Under the pieces are notes generated by a model, which was given only the letters and a program-made list of their open reading frames with translations, did not search any database and was not told where the DNA came from. Positions 9,317 through 16,741 of a DNA stretch of 40,000 nt are shown here, in pieces. The stretch is from Frateuria aurantia DSM 6220 (GTDB lineage: Bacteria > Pseudomonadota > Gammaproteobacteria > Xanthomonadales > Rhodanobacteraceae), in contig NC_017033.1 of the NCBI RefSeq assembly GCF_000242255.2, positions 2,079,110-2,119,109 of the forward strand. The letters run 5' to 3'. The position numbers and the translations under genes were made by a program. Each line of letters begins with the position of its first letter. Within the stretch, counting starts at the first letter, position 1.

Positions 9317-10140
9317 TGCACTCGGTCCAGCAGGATTTGAAAGCCGAGGGTATCACTGTCCCGATGACCAAGCTGTGCCAATGGTTCGGCGTGGCCCGTC
9401 GCACGACGTATTACAAGCCGACCAGGTCAGCGGCCAAGGTGAAGCCGGAGCTGGCCGAGCCGATCAAGGCGATGATCGAGGCCGAGCCGTCATTCGGTTA
9501 TCGCACGGTCGCCGCGTTGCTTGGCATGAACAAGAATACGGTGCAGCGGATCTTCCAGCTAAAAGGCTGGCAGGTGCGCAAGCGAGCGCTCGGCCAACGC
9601 CCGCGCATCGAGGCCAAGGTATCGCGTGCCGAGAAGCCGGATCAACGCTGGGCGACCGACCTGTGTCGCGTCTGGGGTGGCAAGGACGGCTGGCTCAGCT
9701 TGGCGCTGGTGATCGACTGCAGTACCCGTCAGCTGCTGGGTTGGCACCTGTCACGGACCGGAAAGGCCAGCACAGCCTCGGCGGCCCTGGAGCAGGCGCT
9801 CATCACGCGCTACGGCACGCTGGGACGAGTGCGGGAGCCGTTCTTGCTGCGCTCCGATAACGGTTTGGTCTTCACCAGCCGTGACTACACGCGACTGGTG
9901 CGCAGTTACGGCTTGAAGCAGGAGTTCATCACCCCGCACTGCCCTCAGCAGAACGGGATGGTCGAAAGAGTGATCCGCACGCTGAAGGAGCAATGCGTGC
10001 ATCGGCATCGCTTTGAGAGCCAGGTCCATGCCCTGCGAGTGATCGCCGACTGGATCGCCTTTTACAACCAACAACGCCCGCATCAGGCACTGAAGATGAT
10101 GACCCCGGATGAGGCCTACGCCGCTACATTAACCGCATGA
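9316..10140 (+). CDS. IS3-family transposase OrfB (DDE integrase core), probably expressed as an OrfAB fusion by a -1 frameshift
   Basis: 274-aa ORF in the -1 frame relative to orfA. It shows rve-type DDE motifs ('WATDL', 'LRSDNGLVFTS', 'PQQNGMVERV'). Confidence 0.9.
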   Translation: MHSVQQDLKAEGITVPMTKLCQWFGVARRTTYYKPTRSAAKVKPELAEPIKAMIEAEPSFGYRTVAALLGMNKNTVQRIFQLKGWQVRKRALGQRPRIEAKVSRAEKPDQRWATDLCRVWGGKDGWLSLALVIDCSTRQLLGWHLSRTGKASTASAALEQALITRYGTLGRVREPFLLRSDNGLVFTSRDYTRLVRSYGLKQEFITPHCPQQNGMVERVIRTLKEQCVHRHRFESQVHALRVIADWIAFYNQQRPHQALKMMTPDEAYAATLTA

Positions 10141-10184
10141 CCTGCGCAGAAACCGGTGGGTCATTACAGTACTGACTCACCCAG

Positions 10185-11171
10185 CTATGCCCGAACATCG
10201 TGGCCATCCGAACCCAGAAAGCGTCGATCATCGACTGCGAGGCCTTGGGCAGCTGGCTGTGCTTCTGCTGAGGCTTCGGCCTGCTTGCGGATTGCGATGG
10301 CGGCCTCGACGCGTTCGACCGCGCTGAGCTTACTGCCGCCACTGCGGCCTGCTGGATGGTTTGCATGGGCTGATCCTTGGGTGACGGGCTTGGGGCCCTC
10401 GGCATGGCGATTACGGGCGGTTGTGATGGCGTAGGCGAACGGCTTGGCCTTGTTGCGGAACTCCGCAGCTGTGGCTGCCAGCGTTTCCGGGGTGATGCCC
10501 TCGGCCAGAGCGGCGAGGAGATCCGGATGCTGAGGGTTCACGTCGGAGCAGCCGGCCTTGCGCATCAGCCGGCAGGCTCGAGCGGCTTCGGTGATCGTTG
10601 GGCCGTCGTCGCTTGAATCGCTCGCGCTCGTGCCCGCGTCTATCTCTCTCTCTTGGTTATTGGTTACTGGTTTATGGATACCCGTGTCTTCACATGTGAC
10701 AGGTTGTGACGTCACATCGTCTGTCACGGGACTTGTCACACCTGTCACGCGTGACAACATCTCCCGAAGCTGTGACATGGGCGTATCAAATCCCGCTGTC
10801 ACACCGTGACGCTCGAGCTCAGCAAAGAGATCCGCGCGGCGCTGCCTGGACTTCTTCTGGCGTTCTCGCTCGTTTGCTTTCTTGCTTTGTCGATCCGGTT
10901 CGCCTGCGCGGTAGGACGCAATAATCGAGTCGGCACGATGCTGCCGCCAGAAGCCGTCTACCTGGACGAAGAACTCCTCGAGGATCGCGTCGACCGCAGC
11001 CTTCTCTTCTTCAGTGCGGGCACCAACAAGTCGATATGCCCTGCCCTCTGGAATGCCTTCCTCGGACGAGTAGTAGCGATCCAGCAGCAGCGTGTAGACG
11101 CCATGCTCGAGGATCGTCAGATGGCGGGTGTCCCGGGCGTAATCGCCCAGGTGGCGCTCGTAGTAGTTCAT
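10185..11171 (-). CDS. phage replication-associated protein, DUF1376 (YdaU-like) N-domain
   Basis: The N-terminus 'MNYYERHLGDYARDTRHLTILEHGVYTLLLDRYY' is the DUF1376 signature. The central linker is encoded by a GTGAC/GTCAC repeat cluster. An ATGA overlap links it to the upstream CII-like gene. Confidence 0.8.
   Translation of the reverse strand: MNYYERHLGDYARDTRHLTILEHGVYTLLLDRYYSSEEGIPEGRAYRLVGARTEEEKAAVDAILEEFFVQVDGFWRQHRADSIIASYRAGEPDRQSKKANERERQKKSRQRRADLFAELERHGVTAGFDTPMSQLREMLSRVTGVTSPVTDDVTSQPVTCEDTGIHKPVTNNQEREIDAGTSASDSSDDGPTITEAARACRLMRKAGCSDVNPQHPDLLAALAEGITPETLAATAAEFRNKAKPFAYAITTARNRHAEGPKPVTQGSAHANHPAGRSGGSKLSAVERVEAAIAIRKQAEASAEAQPAAQGLAVDDRRFLGSDGHDVRA
10696..10810. repeat. 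cluster of 10 GTGAC/GTCAC half-sites (iteron-like) inside the replication gene
   Basis: Half-sites start at 10696, 10706, 10711, 10723, 10735, 10744, 10751, 10773, 10798 and 10806. The cluster includes the palindrome GTGACGTCAC (10706-10715). Confidence 0.7.
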
Positions 11172-11614
11172 TGCCTCCGCACCTTCCGCGCGATCGCGGC
11201 GACAAGGCGAACCACGATGTCCTGGACAAGGTGTCCGGCGTGGCTGGTGTCCTTGGACTCGCTGTGTGTGATCACGCCATCGGCCAAGGACTCGCGGACG
11301 GTGCCTGCAAGCCCGCCGCTGCGCTCGACCAGCTCCAGCACCAGGGCGGTCACGTCATCCTCTTTCTGCTGGGCAACTTGGTCCAGCGGCGTCAGGGCAA
11401 AGCCATGGCTGGCAGCCAGCGCGTGCAGGATGCGCACATCGCCGGTGATGCCCATGAGGCGATCAGCCTCCGCCAAGGTCAGGTGGTTGCGGTCATAAGT
11501 CGGATTGACCTTGTGGCGAAGGATGCCGGCTTGCAGACCCAGCCGCAGGGCAAGGGTCTCGGCGCCACCGGGATAGTCATGCACCGTGGCATGGGCAGCA
11601 TCAACGACGTTCAT
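11168..11614 (-). CDS. phage CII-like regulatory protein (Phage_CP76-type, from memory)
   Basis: '...ETLALRLGLQAGILRHKVNPTYDRNHLTLAEADRLMGITGDVRILHALAASHGF' fits the phage CII/CP76 pattern. It lies between the Cro-like gene and the replication gene. The start is uncertain (11614 or 11662). Confidence 0.6.
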   Translation of the reverse strand: MNVVDAAHATVHDYPGGAETLALRLGLQAGILRHKVNPTYDRNHLTLAEADRLMGITGDVRILHALAASHGFALTPLDQVAQQKEDDVTALVLELVERSGGLAGTVRESLADGVITHSESKDTSHAGHLVQDIVVRLVAAIARKVRRQ

Positions 11615-11700
11615 ACGGAAGGGTCTCAAAAAGATGGAGCATCGGTTTTGCTGTACTGGCAAGATGGCAACTCACCACCTTCGCCACTTGTGACCTGCTC

Positions 11701-12204
11701 ATGGATTTCGCTTCGATCACCGGCCTCGCCTCCTCGACGATCTCGACAATCACTGGCGCCAAGGATCTGATCAGCGCTGCCGTCGACATGCGGGACGCTG
11801 CGAAACAGAGCGCGGAGCTCGTCAAGGCCAATGACCTTTTGCTCAAGGCCCAGCAGAGTCTCCTCACGTACACCGGCCAGCTCATGGAGCTGCAGGGCAA
11901 GTACCTCGATGCCTGTGAGGAATTGCGAAAACTGCGAGAAGCCGAAGCGGACCGTGGTCGCTATACGCTCTTCGAGGTCAGCCCCGGGGCTTTCGCTTAT
12001 CGCGCATATGCCACCCCACGACTCAGCACAGCTGGCGAGCCATTGCCGCCGGAGCCCGAGCATTACGTCTGTCAGCCGTGCTATGACCGCGGGATCAAGT
12101 CCGTCTTGCAACGCTTCAACCACTACGGGTCGATCTATCTTCGGTGCTCCATCTGCAAGCAGGACTTGCCCACCGGCCGTACAGAGCCTTTCGGAGGTAT
12201 TTGA
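11701..12204 (+). CDS. hypothetical coiled-coil protein with a C-terminal CxxC...CxxC zinc ribbon
   Basis: 167-aa ORF with high third-position GC and protein-like composition. Its motifs are 'YVCQPCYDRG' and 'LRCSICKQD'. It lies antisense within the Cro-to-CII transcription unit. No clear SD. Confidence 0.55.
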   Translation: MDFASITGLASSTISTITGAKDLISAAVDMRDAAKQSAELVKANDLLLKAQQSLLTYTGQLMELQGKYLDACEELRKLREAEADRGRYTLFEVSPGAFAYRAYATPRLSTAGEPLPPEPEHYVCQPCYDRGIKSVLQRFNHYGSIYLRCSICKQDLPTGRTEPFGGI

Positions 12205-12209
12205 TTGCT

Positions 12210-12413
12210 TCACGCAGCCACCACCTGCCCCGGGCTGGCGGGCCTCGGAGGTGAGATGATCGACTTCACAGACATTCCAGTCAGCTTCGAGACTGCCTGG
12301 ACGTGCTGATACGGGACTCGGCGCCATTGAGAAACAGCCTGACTGCTGATCCCGCAGCAACGAGCGACTTTTGCCGGGCCGCCGGCCCGCTTGATGATGT
12401 CTTTGATGTCCAT
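12210..12413 (-). CDS. Cro/YdaS-like HTH regulator
   Basis: 67 aa from ATG 12413: 'MDIKDIIKRAGGPAKVARCCGISSQAVSQWRRVP', which is the YdaS/Cro-type HTH. It is divergent from the CI-like gene across an 82-bp operator region. Confidence 0.7.
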   Translation of the reverse strand: MDIKDIIKRAGGPAKVARCCGISSQAVSQWRRVPYQHVQAVSKLTGMSVKSIISPPRPASPGQVVAA

Positions 12414-12421
12414 AAAGCTAA

Positions 12422-12485
12422 GGTAAGTCATGCTTACCTTTATTGGCAAGAGATACTTCCGTGCGCCTTGTAAATTTCCCTTACA
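12422..12485. promoter_or_regulatory. tripartite operator region (OR-like)
   Basis: Three 17-bp sites with 6-5-6 geometry: GGTAAGTCATGCTTACC (12422-12438, perfect palindrome), GGCAAGAGATACTTCCG (12444-12460, imperfect) and TGTAAATTTCCCTTACA (12469-12485). Confidence 0.65.
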
Positions 12486-12495
12486 TACTCGCCCC

Positions 12496-13179
12496 ATGAG
12501 CGATCAACTTTGGAAACGAATCAAGGAGGCCAGGACGGCAGCCAAGCTGACTCAGCAGGCTGTTGCTGACGCCTTTGGGATTGATCGAGTCGCCGTCTCT
12601 CTCTGGGAAAGTTCAAGTGATGCCCGGCGAACGAGGCCAGATATCGGCCGGCTAAGGGAGCTGGCCAAAATTACTGGCGTGAAGATGGAGTGGCTGCTAG
12701 GTGCGGATGGAGATCCAATCGGATCCACCCATCTCGTCTCACGAGATGAGACAGACCCGGCGTATGTTCGATTCCCTCTCCTTGAGGGTTACGCAGGCAT
12801 GGGGCCTGGAACATTCATCAGCGACTACCCCGAAGTGGTCAAAGACCTCCGCGTCTCCCGCGAGTGGGTCTCGCAGAAGATGCCAGGCATCCCCCATGAC
12901 GTGATCCGCGTGATCACCGGTCGCGGCGACAGCATGCGCGGGCAGTACAACGATGGGGATCTGATCTTTGTCGACACACGTGTGAAAAGCTTCGATCAGG
13001 ACAGCGCGTACTGTTTCCGCTGGGCCGGCCGCGTGCAGGTGAAGCGCCTGCAGCTCATCAAGCCCGGGATCGTCCGCATCCTCAGCAAGAACCCCGACTA
13101 TGAGTCGATCGATGCTGAGGTCGAGGAGATCGAGATCGGCGGGCGAGCCATTGCGGCTTGGACCTTGAGGGAATTTTGA
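12496..13179 (+). CDS. CI-like prophage repressor (XRE HTH plus S24 LexA-like autopeptidase)
   Basis: 227 aa from ATG 12496. The N-terminal HTH is 'LTQQAVADAFGIDRVAVSLWES'. The C-terminal S24 domain has the Ser motif 'GDSMRG' and the Lys motif 'VQVKRL'. Confidence 0.85.
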   Translation: MSDQLWKRIKEARTAAKLTQQAVADAFGIDRVAVSLWESSSDARRTRPDIGRLRELAKITGVKMEWLLGADGDPIGSTHLVSRDETDPAYVRFPLLEGYAGMGPGTFISDYPEVVKDLRVSREWVSQKMPGIPHDVIRVITGRGDSMRGQYNDGDLIFVDTRVKSFDQDSAYCFRWAGRVQVKRLQLIKPGIVRILSKNPDYESIDAEVEEIEIGGRAIAAWTLREF

Positions 13180-13318
13180 TATGGCAATTGAAAAGAGGCT
13201 TTATCAGCAAAGCCACTATATTGGATACAGTGCTAGTAAATAAAATACACTTACTAAAAATCAACAATTCAATATCCGCACCACCAACATATAAAGCACC
13301 AATCCAAGGCAATAAGAA

Positions 13319-14218
13319 ATGAATGTCAACTATTTTGGTTATTACCTTCACGACCACAAAACCAACAAAGACTACCAGATTGATCTATCAGACCTATTTG
13401 ACTCAATATCAAATAACAAATACCCAGATATAAATAGCAACCTCTACTATAATGGAGATCGAATATACCCACTCCCCTATCTTGGATCAACATACCTGCT
13501 AATTCAATCAAGAGACAATGAGTTAATAAAATTTATTGAAAGGGCAACATTGAAACATGAAGATCTATCGACCAAGCTAGGCACGGCGAATTCAGTCGGA
13601 ATGGCAAGCTACGTTAAGTTCGAGCCTAATTGGATAGCAATAGTTAGCAAGGTTTTGTCGCCAAGGATTCAGGCGCTATCCCATATAATTAATCACTTTA
13701 TTAGATGCCTAGGTAGTGACTTAGAATTTAAGCTCGCCGCATTTAATGATAAGGTGTCAAAAAAAGATATTGTCAAATTAAATCATGTTAGCTCAATATC
13801 CATTGGATTGAACGCCTCCAGCTCGTTAACCAGTAAGTTGGTCGGCACACTTTTAGGCAACGGGTATCCAGCCACCTCTGATATCGGAGGCATAGAAATC
13901 AGACTGAAGCCATCGTCGTCTAAATCAAATTTGAAGAAAGACCTTCAAAATATAGCCATTAATATACCAGACTCTGATATCGATGAATTAGATGCTCGCG
14001 GCAAAATTGAGGCGACTGACAGAATGAGGGATCTATATATTCATGGCTCTGGTGGACTTAAAGATTTCATCAGGCCTAGATACGAACATGAAATACCTTC
14101 ATCTATTACTAAAGCTGCGTCACTAAACACGGCCCTACAAGCAAAAATAAAGGAGTTTAGTGGTGACCCGAATTACATCAAAACTAGCGATCCCCATGCT
14201 ATTGGCCTTAACTGGTAA
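13319..14218 (+). CDS. RexA-like protein (candidate abortive-infection sensor)
   Basis: 299-aa ORF in strongly AT-rich DNA, first gene after CI on the same strand. Its size and several segments resemble lambda RexA as I remember it (for example 'TYLLIQSRDNELIKFI..HEDL..L....SVGMASYVKFE' against 'TFLFTKTNDKSLVQKI..VEDI..L....SLGFPSFLFVE'). Confidence 0.55.
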   Translation: MNVNYFGYYLHDHKTNKDYQIDLSDLFDSISNNKYPDINSNLYYNGDRIYPLPYLGSTYLLIQSRDNELIKFIERATLKHEDLSTKLGTANSVGMASYVKFEPNWIAIVSKVLSPRIQALSHIINHFIRCLGSDLEFKLAAFNDKVSKKDIVKLNHVSSISIGLNASSSLTSKLVGTLLGNGYPATSDIGGIEIRLKPSSSKSNLKKDLQNIAINIPDSDIDELDARGKIEATDRMRDLYIHGSGGLKDFIRPRYEHEIPSSITKAASLNTALQAKIKEFSGDPNYIKTSDPHAIGLNW

Positions 14219-14627
14219 TTCCCTAGCGCTACTTTTGTACATCCTATCCTTTACCAAAAAAGGTGGCGCACTACTCATCACCCTTGGAAAAAACTCCGAT
14301 AATTTTGCAGCAATGTCCGCCAGTGCAGAATTCTCCATGCTTGGCTTTCTATCTGCAGTAATGGCCTTATTTAGCATCATAGGACAATCGGAAGCACTCA
14401 GGCGTTACCGTATTAACGGCTACTTATCCAGCCTCTTGATCACATTCTCCTTCGCGCTACTTGAGACTGCGATCGCCTTCACATCATCGCTAATCCTATT
14501 CTTTAAGCCAGTCAGTAATATATTCATCACGATTGCTTTCATTGCCCTAGTCGGATCATTCGGAATGATGTGTGTCACCTTGATACCATGCATAGGCCTT
14601 CAAATAAGAGCATCGAGCGAAGAATGA
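14160..14627 (+). CDS. RexB-like four-TM membrane protein
   Basis: 155-aa ORF from a GTG start 4-7 nt after AAGGAG, overlapping the 3' end of the previous gene. It has four hydrophobic helices. The segment 'IGQSEALRRYRINGYLSSLLITFSFALLETA' resembles lambda RexB 'IGSRTRRLAKIREYGYMTSVVIVYALSFVELG' (from memory). Confidence 0.55.
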   Translation: MVTRITSKLAIPMLLALTGNSLALLLYILSFTKKGGALLITLGKNSDNFAAMSASAEFSMLGFLSAVMALFSIIGQSEALRRYRINGYLSSLLITFSFALLETAIAFTSSLILFFKPVSNIFITIAFIALVGSFGMMCVTLIPCIGLQIRASSEE

Positions 14628-14739
14628 GGAGCCTCATACTCCTAGAAAACAATCTTAAATTCACGACTTATCAATCAAGGCCATTATTCACTTATTCACA
14701 AGACCCAAGCATTGCCATGTGATTATTTCCCACAAGTAA

Positions 14740-15177
14740 ATACCCAATTCCATCCAACTCCAAGAAGCCACCGCCAAGTTCTTCGATCGCTACATCGCCA
14801 AGGATCTCAACCTGTCCCCAACATGGTCAGATCCAAAGAATACGGATGGGGCAAGCGGGCCAGCCCCGAACTATGACCGAAGTGGTTGCTATGCCCTGCT
14901 CTCCGGCGATGAAGTGATTTACATCGGCCTGGGACGCTCTTGGAAAAAGGGGCGCTACAAAGAGCACGCAATTGGCGTGCGTCTGAGCGCTCATGTCCTG
15001 CTCGTCGACAAGGCCACAAACACCTACATCACGCGAGAAAAGTGGCGCGCGCTGGGTGTCGATTCCCTCATCACCATCGGCTTCCCTCACGAGATGTTTT
15101 TCCTTGCATCGGCGCTTGAGGACTATCTGATCAATGAGCTGAAGCCTGAAGGTAATGGGGTTGGGAAAGGGCGATGA
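14740..15177 (+). pseudogene. GIY-YIG nuclease-domain gene lacking a canonical start codon
   Basis: The frame is open from 14740. It shows 'GCYALLSGDEVIYIGLG...RYKEH..GVRLSAH...LEDYLINELKPEGN', the GIY-YIG, R, H and E/N motifs. The only listed start (GTG 14914) lies inside the GIY-YIG motif, and there is no in-frame ATG, GTG or TTG between 14740 and 14914. Confidence 0.5.
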
Positions 15178-15370
15178 AACTTCTAGCTTATTCGACCAGA
15201 GCTGTAACCACATCAAGTCGTGGGCGAGTGAGGGGTACACCTCAGCCAGACTGATCAATCACCCCTTAGGCGACACAGTACCTCACAAAAAAGACACAAA
15301 GACGAGTTGTATTTAACAATTTGATCACCCCCCTTCAAGAGGAAAGCCTTACCTCACCACCCTAATTAAG

Positions 15371-16291
15371 ATGCATCTATCACCAAACTCAGGATTAAAT
15401 ATCATGTCGGAAAACAATAAATCCACTGCATTCAACGACAAGTACTATGAAGAACATTTCAACCTAGAATTCCTTCCTAAGAAATGCATGCTATGCCAAT
15501 CAGGATCATTAAATAGAAAAGGCCACCTCATACCAAAATTTATATCAACCCAGATAAAGAAGAAGCTTGATATACCCACACTTCGCTACAGTACAGTAAC
15601 CGACCAAGGATTGATTAACGAGGGCAGGCATCGGCAAGACACGCTGGCATTACAGTTTCTGTGTGATAATTGTGAGAATAGGCTCGGACTGGCTGAAAGT
15701 GCCTTTTCGAACAGTCAATTTCGCCCACGTCTTGAAGGCGCCCAAATTCCGGATATGGATCGATTAACTCATGACTTCATAACATCTATCGCATGGAAAT
15801 ATGCGACCTTCAATAGCTTCAAGAAAGTTGGAAGCAACTCTCTTTCAAGAATAGAGCCTGAGATCGAAAAAGCGAGAAAATATTTAGCAGGAGAACAAGA
15901 AAGCAATCCTTTTGATATATACTTCATAAACTTGGAGCGCGTGAGTGAGGTAATGGAGAATACAGACTCAAACAGATTTCTCTACAACATAACTCTCCGC
16001 GATCGAGAAATAAATCCAATCCAACTGATTGGAGACACTTGGTTTCCCGGCACCTCGTCAGGAATTCCAATAATAACAGTTAGGCTAGGACCGCTATGCT
16101 ACATTATAGCTCCAAGCGGTCACTTGCATCTACTCAGATGCATGCCTGAAGAAAGGCCATCGCCACACAACATAGTGGAATTGGAGGTGACGCAAGATAT
16201 TATCAACCTGCTTATATCGCTAGAAGGAGGATTTATTGATGGCATCCCATCAAGAATAAACAATCCAGCCATGGAGTATGAGATGAGATGA
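15371..16291 (+). CDS. hypothetical protein with an N-terminal HNH-like/treble-clef motif (CxxC..H-L-I-P ... CxxCEN)
   Basis: 306-aa AT-rich ORF (alternative start ATG 15404). It carries 'CMLCQSGSLNRKGHLIPKF' and 'LCDNCENRLGLAE'. I could not recognise a family for the remaining ~200 aa. Confidence 0.55.
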   Translation: MHLSPNSGLNIMSENNKSTAFNDKYYEEHFNLEFLPKKCMLCQSGSLNRKGHLIPKFISTQIKKKLDIPTLRYSTVTDQGLINEGRHRQDTLALQFLCDNCENRLGLAESAFSNSQFRPRLEGAQIPDMDRLTHDFITSIAWKYATFNSFKKVGSNSLSRIEPEIEKARKYLAGEQESNPFDIYFINLERVSEVMENTDSNRFLYNITLRDREINPIQLIGDTWFPGTSSGIPIITVRLGPLCYIIAPSGHLHLLRCMPEERPSPHNIVELEVTQDIINLLISLEGGFIDGIPSRINNPAMEYEMR

Positions 16292-16406
16292 GATGCAAAC
16301 TTCTCAATCTCCACAGAGGCCGCATATCACTAGCGACATAATATTCAGCACGCCTGACTTGATGACATCATCAATAAAATTCCTACTCCCAAGTTTTTTT
16401 CATACA

Positions 16407-16643
16407 CTACCCCACGTCTAGATCCGCCCCAAGCCTCAGGGTGGTCCTCGGCTCATCGTAGTCGCCCGTCTCTGAGTCCACAGTCTGGGCAAAGACCAAG
16501 ACAGCGGCCTACTCTTCTTCCAGCCTGTAAGCCCTGCGCACCGCCGCATCCTCCGCCGTCTTCGGTATGGGGGTTCGGCGAGCAGCTGACCGCGTTGCCC
16601 TGTAACCCACGTCTGCACCACATAGATCGTTTCTTTGGCCATA
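16407..16643 (-). pseudogene. small phage-associated gene disrupted by a frameshift and an in-frame TAG
   Basis: ATG 16643 is preceded by AGGAGG. 'MAKETIYVVQTWVTGQRGQLLAEP' then turns Arg-rich. Shifting frame at the C5/G5 run (16569-16573) restores a protein-like sequence, 'PIPKTAEDAAVRRAYRLEEE', then TAG (16509-16511), then 'AAVLVFAQTVDSETGDYDEPRTTLRLGADLDVG'. Confidence 0.45.
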
Positions 16644-16741
16644 GCTCCTCCTGGTGAAGGAAGCATGGGCCGTGCGCGCCTCTCGGTCGGCACAAACATA
16701 ACCATATGCTGAACAATTGTAGGATTACCTTACCCCCCACA

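Larger units (their letters stand above)
8947..10168 (+). mobile_element. IS3-family insertion sequence (about 1.2 kb, IS407-like organisation)
   Basis: Terminal inverted repeats: TGTAATGACCCAC at 8947-8959 and its reverse complement at 10156-10168. It has orfA/orfB with a -1 frameshift heptamer. The flanking bases (accg / gtac) are not duplicated. Confidence 0.85.

Noticed and set aside
11626-12360. 244-aa minus-strand ORF spanning the cro-cII gap
   Set aside because: Its composition (Gly/Ser/Arg-rich, no motifs) is typical of a shadow frame in GC-rich DNA. The opposite-strand 167-aa ORF has a coherent coiled-coil plus zinc-ribbon sequence, and the real Cro-like gene occupies only 12210-12413.
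14827-15258. 143-aa minus-strand ORF overlapping the GIY-YIG region
   Set aside because: The plus strand encodes a clear GIY-YIG motif set, while the minus-strand product has no recognisable features. It is treated as an antisense shadow ORF.
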